A stretch of DNA of 64,000 nucleotides from a virus (IMGVR_UViG_3300050821_008494); one strand, 5' to 3'; positions 34,501 to 44,535 are shown, counted from the stretch's first letter. Notes: generated by a model from the letters alone, not told the origin. Made by a program: numbers and translations.

Positions 34501-34756
34501 AAGTCCACGTCTATCGTAGGAAGTTCTTCCAAGGAGGACTTGTCTTTCTGTTGACGCGCGTTTTACGCTCAACGACTATATCTCAAAGCTCTACGGATTC
34601 TGGCCTCAATCTGAAATCGACGACTATATCAGAGAACACATCGAAGACCTCGGGGAGTTCGAGCTTCCAGATGAGTTCCTAGCCAAGCTCAAGCCGATAT
34701 CAGTCTTGTCTGAGCCCGACCTCAAAATGGGATGGGATGAGTATTACTCCGAATGA
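34497..34756 (+). pseudogene. Gene apparently split by a 1-nt frameshift near TTT 34545-34547
   Basis: MKVHVYRRKFFQGGLVF continues in the -1 frame as SVDARFTLNDYISKLYGFW...EYYSE with typical codon usage and no canonical start of its own near its 5' end. Confidence 0.45.
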
Positions 34757-34811
34757 TGCAGGCAGAAGCGGTTTTAAGAAGAACAATCTTCTAGATGGAG
34801 CTTAGTCACCT

Positions 34812-37562
34812 TTGCCTTACCTGTGCCTCGATACAAACTGTAACACCATGTTCGGTGACGCCTCCGGTTATCGTTCTGGCAAGCCTCATTGCCCCAAGTG
34901 TGGAGGCGACAAGGTCCTCGCTCCCGGTCGAAAGTCCATACGTTCCATAGACCCTTCTCTGATGCCATACCGGACCTACGACAAACCCCTCGACCCACGG
35001 ACCCTCCCCGTGTTCTACAAGCTCTCGACCTTCACCGACGAAGACACCCAAACTGATTGGATGGCAATTCACAAGCCGAAGGACAACGGCGATGGCAACG
35101 AGATACTCTTCGCACGTCCTCCCTTCAAGCCCTACTACTTCATCGACGAGCTAGGCTACAGCCAGAACCAGAGTTCAATTGACGGACTCCTCCAGCAATT
35201 CCACGGCTCCATAGACCGGAAGTTCAAAGGCTTCCAAGCCGGAGGAGACCATCGCCCTGTCATCAAGGTAGAGTTCCGCAGCGACCCGGAGCGCAAACGT
35301 TCATCCTACCAGATTGACAAATTCGTCCGCTGCTATCAATCCAACACACCTCACACGGCAAGTATCCTTCGTGACTTAGACATCCAAATCAAAGGCTACC
35401 CAACACGTATGGTCTGGGACTCGGAGGTTGACCCGCGCAACGTTCCAAACCTCCAGCGCAACGACGGTCGCATCATACTCATCTGCGGAGTCGGATACAA
35501 GGTCGGGAGCGGCACAAGTAGGCTTGCAGGCCTCAACGACAATCTGATGACAGGATACATCAACCCTAGCGGAGATGTAGTCCCGCATCCTGTCGAAGGT
35601 GGGGTCAGGCAATACGTCTTCCGTCTGACAGAAGACACAGACGTCTCAGTAGCACGCGATGTCCTTCGACCATTCCTCAAGGAAGCCTTCAACTACAGCG
35701 CACTGATGGGATTCTATTCCGCGAAGTTCGACGTCCCATACACTCAGATTTGGATAGCCCGTCTCAAGCTTGGGTTTGACTTCGACTTCATTACAGTATT
35801 CGACTTCCATAACATCTACACTGTCCTCAACACTAACAACTGGGACGACCGCAAGTTCAACCTCGACTCTATCGCAACGCGAGAATTCGGAGAGGGAGAG
35901 GGCAAAGAGAAAATCAAGGACTACCAAGTCCTCTGGGACTGGTGGGTCTCCAAGGACCCCCGTCTTGTCTCCTACTGTCTCCAAGATGCTGACCTAGTCC
36001 GCAGGCTCGATGAGAAGTGGAGTGGCATTGACAGTCGCCTTGTCGCAACGAACCTCACAAACGTCCGTCCTGACGCTTACATCTCGTATATGCCGGGCAT
36101 AGAGTCAATCACAGTCAAGAAGCTCAACAAGCGTAATCCTTCCGAAGTTCTCTACACTCCTTCTGGCAAGCGCCAGTCCAGCACATACGAGGGTGCAATG
36201 GTCTTCGACCCCGTCAAAGGAGTCCACGACAACGTAGTGTTCCTAGACGCAAAGGCCATGTATCCCCACATCATCAGAACATTCAACATAGGACTCGACA
36301 CCCTCGACCCGAACGGAGAAATCCATACACCCAAGGCCAACTTCAAGAACAAGCCCGACAGCGTCTCCAAGGAAGTGCTTGACGAGCTAGAAAAGTGGCG
36401 CGAGTTCTACAAGGCAGAGCGCGACAAATACGAAGTCGATTCCGAGAAGTGGTCAGAGTTCGAGAAGAAGCAGTGGGTCGTCAAATACTACATGGTGTCA
36501 TACTACGGAGTCCTCGGCTCAACTTGGTCGTTCATGTATGAGCCCTCCGTCGCAGAGGCCATAACTCTCCTCGGTCAGCAAATCCTCGGATGCGCTCGTC
36601 ACATCCTCCAATACATGGGCTACCCGGTCCTCTACGGAGACACGGACTCCCTCTGTCTGAAACTAACAGACGAGGAAATCTTCGGCTACCGACCGACAGA
36701 GGCACAATACAAGAAGTTCAAAGCACGCACCTGCCCGAAGGACACCTGCCGGACTCCTCTGGATTGGAATTGGAAGGGCGACCCCGTAACAGGAGGACCC
36801 GAGGGCTACTGTCCCAACTGCAAGAAAGTCATGATGACAGTCAAGCTCTTGAAGACTCTCTGCCTAAGTCGCGTCCTTGCTGACGTCGTCGAGCGAGCTG
36901 TGAACTACTTCGCGGAGACTCGCTTCCATGTTCTAGCTCCGCAGATGGAGTTCGAGGTTGACAAGGTCTACCAATGGGTCTACTTTACGAAGGTCAAGAA
37001 GCGCTACGCAGGGCCTATGCTCTGGAAGGGAGTCCCTCTTCCGGAGCCAAAGCTCAAGATTACCGGCTTCGAGTCCAAGAGAACAGATTGGCCTAAGTTC
37101 ATCCAGAGTATCCAACTGAGATGCTTCGACCTTCTCGGCTCCCATGCTCCAGAGAAGACGGTCCTCGACTACGTCGAGAGCGAACTTGACTCCCTCTACA
37201 GAGGAGAACGAGACCAAGACATCATACAGAAGAAGGTCATCCGTCGCAAGGTCGAAGACTATGGCAAGAAGATGGTAGACGGTATAGTCGTCTCAAACCG
37301 TGGCGCAATCCCTCCATACGTCCGGGCTGCCAAGATTATGCGGGACGAGCGCCACATGGACATCAGGGTAGCCCAGCAAATCCTCTACTACATGAGCATG
37401 GACAAGCAGGTCATCCCGGTCTACGAAGACGAGCCTCTTCCCAAGCTCTCAAAGGACTTCTATGACTATACACGCAAGCAGGTTTATGCTGTCCTAGAAC
37501 GAATGGAGCTTCCTGTTGGAGTAATTGGCAACCACAGTCCAGAGGAGGTCTTCGCATCTTGA
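34812..37562 (+). CDS. polB: Family B DNA polymerase with N-terminal and palm-inserted Zn ribbons
   Basis: Exo II AKFD, Exo III YCLQD, motif A DAKAMYP, motif B K..MVSYYG, motif C YGDTDS, KKRY, GFESKRTD. Confidence 0.95.
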   Translation: MPYLCLDTNCNTMFGDASGYRSGKPHCPKCGGDKVLAPGRKSIRSIDPSLMPYRTYDKPLDPRTLPVFYKLSTFTDEDTQTDWMAIHKPKDNGDGNEILFARPPFKPYYFIDELGYSQNQSSIDGLLQQFHGSIDRKFKGFQAGGDHRPVIKVEFRSDPERKRSSYQIDKFVRCYQSNTPHTASILRDLDIQIKGYPTRMVWDSEVDPRNVPNLQRNDGRIILICGVGYKVGSGTSRLAGLNDNLMTGYINPSGDVVPHPVEGGVRQYVFRLTEDTDVSVARDVLRPFLKEAFNYSALMGFYSAKFDVPYTQIWIARLKLGFDFDFITVFDFHNIYTVLNTNNWDDRKFNLDSIATREFGEGEGKEKIKDYQVLWDWWVSKDPRLVSYCLQDADLVRRLDEKWSGIDSRLVATNLTNVRPDAYISYMPGIESITVKKLNKRNPSEVLYTPSGKRQSSTYEGAMVFDPVKGVHDNVVFLDAKAMYPHIIRTFNIGLDTLDPNGEIHTPKANFKNKPDSVSKEVLDELEKWREFYKAERDKYEVDSEKWSEFEKKQWVVKYYMVSYYGVLGSTWSFMYEPSVAEAITLLGQQILGCARHILQYMGYPVLYGDTDSLCLKLTDEEIFGYRPTEAQYKKFKARTCPKDTCRTPLDWNWKGDPVTGGPEGYCPNCKKVMMTVKLLKTLCLSRVLADVVERAVNYFAETRFHVLAPQMEFEVDKVYQWVYFTKVKKRYAGPMLWKGVPLPEPKLKITGFESKRTDWPKFIQSIQLRCFDLLGSHAPEKTVLDYVESELDSLYRGERDQDIIQKKVIRRKVEDYGKKMVDGIVVSNRGAIPPYVRAAKIMRDERHMDIRVAQQILYYMSMDKQVIPVYEDEPLPKLSKDFYDYTRKQVYAVLERMELPVGVIGNHSPEEVFAS

Positions 37563-37984
37563 CACTCAACGTCTTCACAGACGGCTCCGGCAACGGGGTA
37601 TACGGCTTCCTCGTGAAGCGTGGCACAGACATCATCAAAGAAGAGAACGGTCCCATACACGCCGAAGTCGTTAGCAACAACGTCTCCGAATACTACGCCC
37701 TCATCAAGGCACTCGAATGGCTCAAGGCCTCTGGCTTCGAGAGTTTGGAAGTTTCAGTTCATTCTGACTCAATGCTAGTCGTCGAGCAGATGAGAGGCAA
37801 CTGGAGAATCAAAGACGGAGCCTATGTTGACTTCTACGCCAAAGCCAGAGAAGTAGCCAACGGGTTCAGTAGCATAACCTTCACTTGGATTCCCCGCCAG
37901 AAGAACAAAAGCGCCGACAGCCTCACTCGTGGTCGCCGAGCGAGACACGAGCTTCCAATCTACAGCAGGAGTTCCATACGATGA
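37559..37984 (+). CDS. rnhA: Ribonuclease HI
   Basis: FTDGS, NNVSEYYAL, HSDSMLVVEQM, WIPRQKNKSADSL. Confidence 0.9.
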   Translation: MTLNVFTDGSGNGVYGFLVKRGTDIIKEENGPIHAEVVSNNVSEYYALIKALEWLKASGFESLEVSVHSDSMLVVEQMRGNWRIKDGAYVDFYAKAREVANGFSSITFTWIPRQKNKSADSLTRGRRARHELPIYSRSSIR

Positions 37985-38232
37985 CAAAATGGTCAGAGAG
38001 AGCCAAGTCTCTCCAAACCCCTCGGCGTGAAGTTACACCTCCGAAGTATTCCGTTGGAGACCGAATCAGCGGATGCGTGATGTGCGTTGATTACGAGAAG
38101 AAGCACAATGGTGTCTTAGAGGTAGACCAAGTCCATAGAAAGGACGACTTCTTCTCTCTCTGTCAGAAAGCTACACATCAGGGCAGAGTTGTTGAAATAT
38201 GGATTGTCAAGAACCTTGTAACAGGAGCCTGA
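37981..38232 (+). CDS. Hypothetical protein (CxxC)
   Basis: ATGA-coupled start. Confidence 0.55.
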   Translation: MTKWSERAKSLQTPRREVTPPKYSVGDRISGCVMCVDYEKKHNGVLEVDQVHRKDDFFSLCQKATHQGRVVEIWIVKNLVTGA

Positions 38233-38553
38233 TACAGAATACCGCGAGGAGTTCCGGGATTCTTCAAAGGCAAACATCACAGTCTGAAGACTAGGCTTCA
38301 GATGTCAGCATCTCATGCAGCTCGTTGGGAGGACGAAGAATACAGAGCATCTGCGATTTCCAAAATGATGGGAAATCAAAATGCGGCAGGATACAAGTTC
38401 ACGGAAGAACAGAGAGCGAAGATTAGCGGCAAAAGAACTCTCGCTCAATTGGCTCAGTTGAATCGCCTCATTTTCACCGCTCTTCCCAAGAGTCCGAAGT
38501 TTGTTCAATACTCAGAAAATTCTACGACAATGGCCTTCTTCATTCCAATGTGA
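38233..38553 (+). CDS. NUMOD3-like motif protein (homing-endonuclease remnant-like); start uncertain
   Basis: FKGKHHSLKTRLQMS and GYKFTEEQRAKIS motifs; frame is open from the upstream stop; first ATG at 38302. Confidence 0.5.
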   Translation, partial: YRIPRGVPGFFKGKHHSLKTRLQMSASHAARWEDEEYRASAISKMMGNQNAAGYKFTEEQRAKISGKRTLAQLAQLNRLIFTALPKSPKFVQYSENSTTMAFFIPM

Positions 38554-38756
38554 AATATGGAGGCATAGAGATTGACTGGGTATTCGGAGAGAATCCAAGA
38601 GACCCATCAACTTGGATGGAAGTTATAGAGTATCATGTTCCGAAGGTATGGCTCGGAGAGACAATGAGACAATACAAATCCATTAGAACTCGGAAGCTCC
38701 ATTCCATAGGAGTGACTTGCAAGATAACATACTACAGGAGTCTTCGAGAGATTTGA
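38550..38756 (+). CDS. Hypothetical protein
   Basis: GTGA/TTGA coupled. Confidence 0.5.
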   Translation: MKYGGIEIDWVFGENPRDPSTWMEVIEYHVPKVWLGETMRQYKSIRTRKLHSIGVTCKITYYRSLREI

Positions 38757-39991
38757 TTTTTGCTGACCTCCATATTCATGGTAGGCACGCAGGTGCTACC
38801 AGTCCAAACTCGACAATCTCAGCAATCGAGAAGGCAGCAGTTACCAAAGGCCTTGACGTCATCGGAACAGGCGACATCCTTCACAAGGCATGGTTCGACG
38901 AGGTGATGACCTACGCCAAAGAGGACGAGTCCACAGGGACCCTCAAAGGGGCATTGGGGCTTCGTTTCATCTTGTCAACCGAGGTCGAGTGTTACTTCAA
39001 AGTCGCAGGCTATGATGAGATGCGTCAGGTTCACAACCTCATCTACGTCCGCTCAGTCCGTGACGCGAAGACCCTTCGCACAATGCTGTTACGCTACGGG
39101 ACCCTCGACCTCGATGGACGCCCAGTAATCCGACTTAGTTGCGAGCAGCTCGTGAACTATGTCAAGCAGGTGATACCGGACTCCAACATTATACCTGCTC
39201 ATGTCTGGACTCCTCACACCTCCGCTCTCGGAGACGGACACGGCTTCGACTCTCTGAAGGACTGCTACCAATCTTCCCTTCGCCACATCTTCGCGATAGA
39301 GACAGGGCTAAGCAGCGACCCTGCCATGTGCTCAGAGTTTCCGGACACCGCCAATCTAACCCAAGTCAGCAACTCCGACAACCACAGCGCTAACACGGCG
39401 CGAGTTGGAAGGGAGGCCACGATGCTTGCCCTCAAGGAGATAACCTACGACCAAATCTTCGGAGCCATAAAGACAAGAGACAGCCGGTTTGTCGGAACTC
39501 TCGAAGTCCCTCCAGCATACGGCAAGTATCATCTTAGCGGTCATCGCAACTGTAACGATACTAGCCTCGACCTCAAGCAGTATGCCGACATGAAGGGTTA
39601 CTGCCCAGAGTGCGGAAAGAAGGCAACGGTCGGAGTCCTCCAAAGAATCCACGACCTCTCAAGAGGCTACAGGAAGGCCACAATCCAAAAGTTCTGGACT
39701 GTCATACCACTATCAGAGCTTCTCGACAAGATGTATTCTCGGGAGGTCGGCTACAACTACTCCCAGAGGCTCTACAAATCATTTGGCTCAGAATACAACA
39801 TCCTTCTCAACGTTGGAGAGTTTGACCTGACTCAGGCCTCAAATGAGCGCATAGCGAAAGTAATCCTCCAGAACCGCAATGGAGAAATCAAGCTCATCCC
39901 CGGATTCGATAATCAATACGGAAAGATTGTCCTCGAAAGCCAGCAGGAGGAACTTAAATCCCGAACACTCGCGGAGATATTCAACGAGTAG
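38753..39991 (+). CDS. endoQ: Endonuclease Q family protein (PHP + Zn finger + HhH)
   Basis: ADLHIHGR..GATS, GTGDILH, IPAHVWTP, IETGLSSD, SNSDNHS, GKYH..GHRNC...CPECG...GV, GFDNQYG. Confidence 0.85.
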   Translation: MIFADLHIHGRHAGATSPNSTISAIEKAAVTKGLDVIGTGDILHKAWFDEVMTYAKEDESTGTLKGALGLRFILSTEVECYFKVAGYDEMRQVHNLIYVRSVRDAKTLRTMLLRYGTLDLDGRPVIRLSCEQLVNYVKQVIPDSNIIPAHVWTPHTSALGDGHGFDSLKDCYQSSLRHIFAIETGLSSDPAMCSEFPDTANLTQVSNSDNHSANTARVGREATMLALKEITYDQIFGAIKTRDSRFVGTLEVPPAYGKYHLSGHRNCNDTSLDLKQYADMKGYCPECGKKATVGVLQRIHDLSRGYRKATIQKFWTVIPLSELLDKMYSREVGYNYSQRLYKSFGSEYNILLNVGEFDLTQASNERIAKVILQNRNGEIKLIPGFDNQYGKIVLESQQEELKSRTLAEIFNE

Positions 39992-39997
39992 GTCCCA

Positions 39998-40153
39998 ATG
40001 ATGCAACCAATACCTCTCCCTCCTACGTTCGGCTGGCGCTGTATGAAGTCAGGCTGCAAATTCCGAAATCCACTAGAAGGCGCAGCAGTCAATCATTCCA
40101 ATACGACTGGGCATCCCGTTACTGACGCTCCGGAGTTCGAAGAGAATGATTGA
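39998..40153 (+). CDS. C2H2-like Zn-finger microprotein (51 aa)
   Basis: WRCMKSGCKF...NHSNTTGH; manually translated. Confidence 0.5.
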   Translation: MMQPIPLPPTFGWRCMKSGCKFRNPLEGAAVNHSNTTGHPVTDAPEFEEND

Positions 40154-40450
40154 GCACGAGGCAGTTAGCATGATAGTGAAGCCCGACACTATTGACGTCA
40201 TAGTTCTCTGCCGGTGCGGCTACGTTGCCATCGACAAGGACATGCCGGAACACATCGCTCGAAAGAACAAGTGACCTATCATGAGCGAAGAATCTATCTC
40301 AGTAGAGCCTCTCACTCCGGACGAGATGGCCCTGTTGGTAAAGGGCGAGCGTCCCAAATACGTTCCCACGGAGAAAGTCTCCAAGCCCTCCGAGAAGTCT
40401 GAGTCTTCTATGCCAGAGGACCTGCTCAGTATCTTCGGGAGCTAGAGACC

Positions 40451-41122
40451 GTGACTGTGGTCTGCGACACAAGGGAGATTCCATCAGGCATTCCGGATAT
40501 GCTGAAGCGCTTCAACATACCAGTAACAATGGGTCAGTTGACTCACGGCGACTACTGGATTGGGGATATGCCAATCTCCCGCAAGGCCGACGACTATGTC
40601 TCAAGCCTCATATCGAATCACCTCAACAACGAACTCTACGAGCTAAGTCACTTCTACGAAGTCTCCACGCTAATCGTCGAAGGCAGCGTCAACGCAGCCC
40701 TCATGGCAGGAGGCTTCACCAGAGACTCCTACCTCGCCTCTCTCGCCAGCGACTTCGTCAAGAGAGCACCGGACGGCAAGCAAGGTGTCATCAACCTAAT
40801 CTGCGTTGATACGAAGTGGGACACAGCCCTCCTTCTCAAGCACATTCACACTCAGGTGATGTCTGGCGAGCCTCGTCTTCCTCGCGTTGAGAAGCACGCA
40901 TACGCTGCCAACATAGACCCTCTCGTCTACGTTATAGCCGGAGCACCGGGCATCGGAGAGAAGCGTGCTCTAGATTTGCTCAACAAGTTCGGAGGCCTCG
41001 ACGCAATTCAATTTGCTTCAGTTGAAGAACTCGCCGAAGTCCTCGGGCCTAAGACAGCGGAGAACTACTACAAGAAGACACTTCACAGGAAAGTAATCCC
41101 TATGCCGGAGGCGTCTCAATGA
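40451..41122 (+). CDS. xpf: XPF/ERCC4 nuclease with HhH (short form lacking a helicase)
   Basis: VCDTRE, GDYWI...SRK, LIVEG, APGIGEKRA. Confidence 0.85.
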   Translation: MTVVCDTREIPSGIPDMLKRFNIPVTMGQLTHGDYWIGDMPISRKADDYVSSLISNHLNNELYELSHFYEVSTLIVEGSVNAALMAGGFTRDSYLASLASDFVKRAPDGKQGVINLICVDTKWDTALLLKHIHTQVMSGEPRLPRVEKHAYAANIDPLVYVIAGAPGIGEKRALDLLNKFGGLDAIQFASVEELAEVLGPKTAENYYKKTLHRKVIPMPEASQ

Positions 41123-41376
41123 AGAATCTTCTCTGTTTAGTCATTTGGAAGAACATCAACAACATCAGAGACCCTCACAAGTGCAGCAGAGACGAGGGTC
41201 ATGCCGGAAAATGCACTTGCAAGTGCGGGGCCGTCAGAGGAATGAAAGAACGTCTTCAGGAGGAGCCCGGACTTGGAATCCTCGAAAGGAGAGATTCTCG
41301 CAAAGGCCTTCCAAAGAGAGACGGCTCTTGGAGCGACAAATATCTAGTTCCCGCTAGGGTGATACGTTCACAATGA
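41119..41376 (+). CDS. Small Cys/His-rich protein
   Basis: HKC...GHAGKCTCKCG. Confidence 0.55.
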   Translation: MKNLLCLVIWKNINNIRDPHKCSRDEGHAGKCTCKCGAVRGMKERLQEEPGLGILERRDSRKGLPKRDGSWSDKYLVPARVIRSQ

Positions 41377-42374
41377 CTACAGTAACAACTCAGGAACTAA
41401 AACTTGCTGACAAGTATCGTCCTCAATCCCTCGACGAAATCAAAGGACAGGACGAAGTCGTAACCCGTCTCAAGAGCATTGTGAAGCGCAAGACAGTCCC
41501 TCATCTTCTCTTCGTAGGCCCTCCCGGAGGAGGGAAGACTACCGCAGCAGAATGCGTTGCCAAGGCAATATTCGGAGACACTTGGCGTAGCTACTTCACA
41601 GTCATAGACGCGAGCAACGACCGAGGCATAGACACAATCCGTAATCGTGTCAAGACCCTCTCAGAGCTAGTCGGACGACGCATAATCTTCCTCGATGAGT
41701 GCGACCAACTCAGTTCAGACGCTCAATGGGCACTTCGAGGAATAATGTATCCTCAAGTCCCAACAGACGCCATCTTCATCCTAGCCGCCAATCGCGAGTC
41801 CAAAATCTTCGATGCGATAAAGTCCCGCTGTGCAATCTTCCGGTTCCAGAAGCTCCCAATCGAAGTCGTAAGGAATGCACTTGCCTCCATACTCAAGTCA
41901 GAGGGAATCCAACTCGACGTAGCCAACGAAGTAGAGCGGAAGCAAATCATAGCCGGGTTCAACTTCCTCGCCGAGTCCTGCGATGGGGACCTTCGAAGCG
42001 CAATCAATACGATAGAGAGCCTCATCACATCTAACAAGAAGCTCACAGTCAAGGACATAGCCTTCCTCCAGAAGTCCAAGGTAGCCACAGAGGCCATGAG
42101 GACCGCTCTCAAAGGTGACTTCTCTACCGCCAAGGAACTCTTCGAGACCTCATTTGCTAATAGCGGAGACGCAGCAGCAGTCTGCGAGGAACTATACGAC
42201 AGCATCCTCCTGCTTCCGAAGGAAATCAAAGACCACGTCAAGGTCCGTCTCTACGCCAAACTCGCCGAGCATGAGGCCAGAGTCCGTGCTGGCTCCGACC
42301 CGAAGATTCAACTTGTGGGCTTCTTCGCGTTTTGTTATCTCGCTCCTCATCTCAAGGACGGCTTCCCTCAATGA
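41373..42374 (+). CDS. rfcS: Replication factor C small subunit
   Basis: DKYRPQSLDE, GPPGGGKT, DASNDRGID, FLDECD, AQWALR, SRC. Confidence 0.95.
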   Translation: MTTVTTQELKLADKYRPQSLDEIKGQDEVVTRLKSIVKRKTVPHLLFVGPPGGGKTTAAECVAKAIFGDTWRSYFTVIDASNDRGIDTIRNRVKTLSELVGRRIIFLDECDQLSSDAQWALRGIMYPQVPTDAIFILAANRESKIFDAIKSRCAIFRFQKLPIEVVRNALASILKSEGIQLDVANEVERKQIIAGFNFLAESCDGDLRSAINTIESLITSNKKLTVKDIAFLQKSKVATEAMRTALKGDFSTAKELFETSFANSGDAAAVCEELYDSILLLPKEIKDHVKVRLYAKLAEHEARVRAGSDPKIQLVGFFAFCYLAPHLKDGFPQ

Positions 42375-43123
42375 GCCAAGTAGCGCTACAGGATTATCCG
42401 AAGGTCGAAGCCAAGAAGTCTGTCTCTCCTTCTGCAATGAACCGATACTTCGGTTGTGGGGCACAATGGCGCTACGACCGGCTCTTCGACAAGAACCTCA
42501 TACCTCAAGTCTTCATGGAGATGAAGGAAGCTCATCTCGGGACAAACTTCCACAACGCGATAATCCCTTCCTACTTCGAAGGCGTCACAGAGAAGCCGAC
42601 ACCAAAGGAGATAGAGGACACTGCCAGAGCGAGCTTTGACGACAACTTTGACAAGAGCCTCTGGTCTCAGGAGAAGACCGCTCGCCAAATCTTAGAGAAC
42701 TTCATAGCCTTCGAGAAGGCACGAGCCAAATCTCAGTCCAAGTATCTTCCGGAGTTCGTTGAGAGGAAGTTTGAGTTTGAAGACTTCAGCGGCATCATTG
42801 ACTTCTACTCCGACGGCACTATCATAGACTGGAAAACCGGGGCATCCGTAGAGATGACTCAGGACCTCATGAGACAAGGCCGGGTCTACCAACTCTTCGC
42901 GGAACGAGAGAAGCTCCCTCTCAAGAAGGTCATATTCCCTGCTCTCCAAATCGGAAAGGTCCTCGCACTTCCTTCTCTGTCAAGTGGCTGGATTGAGTCT
43001 GAGCGCAGAAGATACTTGGCAGGAGTAGAGCTAGGCAACTTCCACGTCAACAGAACCGGAAAGTGCCGCTACTGCCCATACATCCTCCGTTGCTTCAATG
43101 AGCACAGGAGCCTTTGGGAATGA
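42371..43123 (+). CDS. Cas4/RecB-like PD-(D/E)xK exonuclease
   Basis: SPSAM..Y..C, GIIDF, IIDWKTG, Q..VY, CRYCPY..RC. Confidence 0.85.
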   Translation: MSQVALQDYPKVEAKKSVSPSAMNRYFGCGAQWRYDRLFDKNLIPQVFMEMKEAHLGTNFHNAIIPSYFEGVTEKPTPKEIEDTARASFDDNFDKSLWSQEKTARQILENFIAFEKARAKSQSKYLPEFVERKFEFEDFSGIIDFYSDGTIIDWKTGASVEMTQDLMRQGRVYQLFAEREKLPLKKVIFPALQIGKVLALPSLSSGWIESERRRYLAGVELGNFHVNRTGKCRYCPYILRCFNEHRSLWE

Positions 43124-43518
43124 TGAAACCCGGAACGGTAACTCAGTCAATACCGAGGATGCTAGTAACCTGCGGAGTATGCGGGAAGCAGGACGTTTGC
43201 GACCTTCCTCATACCGAGCATCCGTGTCTCAACTGTCGCAACATGATTACTGTGGCTCGTCCTCGTCCTCGCACGGACCCTCCAAACTCTAAGTCCTGTA
43301 TGCGCTGCGGCAAACCATTTACAGGGAAGGGCCTCAAGTTTTGCGGTGACTGCAGGCCAGAAGCTCGGAATGAGTATAAGAGAAGATATCAGGAGCAGTG
43401 GGTCAGAGACAAGAGGGCTCGCCTAGCTTCTACCACACCGTCTTCAGAAACTTCGTCTGGGACCCCTACCTTCCTTGACCCCAAACTATTGGCTCGCGAA
43501 GAGGGCACACAGCAATGA
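43120..43518 (+). CDS. Double Zn-finger protein
   Basis: Four CxxC motifs. Confidence 0.65.
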   Translation: MMKPGTVTQSIPRMLVTCGVCGKQDVCDLPHTEHPCLNCRNMITVARPRPRTDPPNSKSCMRCGKPFTGKGLKFCGDCRPEARNEYKRRYQEQWVRDKRARLASTTPSSETSSGTPTFLDPKLLAREEGTQQ

Positions 43519-43630
43519 CCGAAGACGAGGTAACATTCTACACTCATGACTTCATATTGAACCGAAGTCCGTGGCACGAACACCTCGGAAACATTCCAGT
43601 GACAATCACACTCGACGGAGTCTTGAGATA

Positions 43631-44383
43631 CTGACTCTTCTTGACGAAGCAAAGTCTCGCATAACGGAAGACATCAAGGCAGGCAAGCACGCAATAGTCT
43701 ACGGTCCTCACGGCATCGGTAAGAACTACACAATCTCCTTCGCAGCAAAGAGCCTCGGCTTCTCCATAGTCCGCATCACAAGTGCCGACAATCTCCAAGA
43801 GATGAGGGCGACCTACCTCGCAGTATCTCAGGCCGAGTCCCTAGTCCCTACCATGATAGTCGTCCAAGACGCCGAGAACATTGACGACGTCTACTTCCTC
43901 GAAGAGCTTGCCACGAAGAGCATCCATCCGGTCTTCCTAGTCTGCTCTATGGTCTCCCGCAAAATCTCCCCGAAGCTGAAGGCGAAGTTTGATGTCATTC
44001 GTTTCCCAGAGCCTCGCCTTGCCGAGGTCGTCGCAATAATCAAGATGAAGCTCCCGCAGGACGAGCAGATTGACTTTCAGAACGTTACAACCGACATACG
44101 CCAGAGCCTCCTCAATGTCAGCACAGGCTCCTCGTCCTACAAGACAGAGAGCACCATAGAGGAACTCGAAGACCTCTTCATCCGTGGAATCCTAAGTCCG
44201 AACCTAGAGAAGCATCAGTGGCTCTGGATGCTTGTGTATGGCAACATACTCAACTTTTATTCTCCTCCGGACGTTGTAGCCTCGTTCGAGATTTTGCAGG
44301 AGGCAGAGCTTTACAACAAACCTCAGATGCTCACGCTCCTACCGCGAGGAAGAGGCAAGGCTACATTCCCAAGGGGTCGGTGA
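43631..44383 (+). CDS. rfcL: RFC large-subunit-like AAA+ protein; probable CTG start (track GTG 43571)
   Basis: IVYGPHGIGK...AKSLGFSIVRITSAD, QDAE; CTGA overlap with the 39-aa ORF 43515-43634. Confidence 0.65.
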   Translation: MTLLDEAKSRITEDIKAGKHAIVYGPHGIGKNYTISFAAKSLGFSIVRITSADNLQEMRATYLAVSQAESLVPTMIVVQDAENIDDVYFLEELATKSIHPVFLVCSMVSRKISPKLKAKFDVIRFPEPRLAEVVAIIKMKLPQDEQIDFQNVTTDIRQSLLNVSTGSSSYKTESTIEELEDLFIRGILSPNLEKHQWLWMLVYGNILNFYSPPDVVASFEILQEAELYNKPQMLTLLPRGRGKATFPRGR

Positions 44384-44535
44384 CTTAGTGTCAAGGTGCG
44401 ACATCTGCCTCAAGGAGGACTCAATCATGAAAGTCGGTTCTCTTGTTGAAACCGGCCAAGAGTGTTGGAACAAGATTTCGAAGCGCAAGGTAAAGATAAC
44501 TCCGACAACGAAGGCCGAGACTCTAAGGAGGGTCA

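Noticed and set aside
36660-36900. Cys-rich insertion in PolB as an intein
   Set aside because: Too short, with no C/S start plus HN end or LAGLIDADG motifs; it reads as a Zn ribbon.
42371-43123. Cas4-like gene as evidence of a CRISPR-Cas locus
   Set aside because: No array or other cas genes; solo Cas4-like nucleases are common in archaeal viruses.
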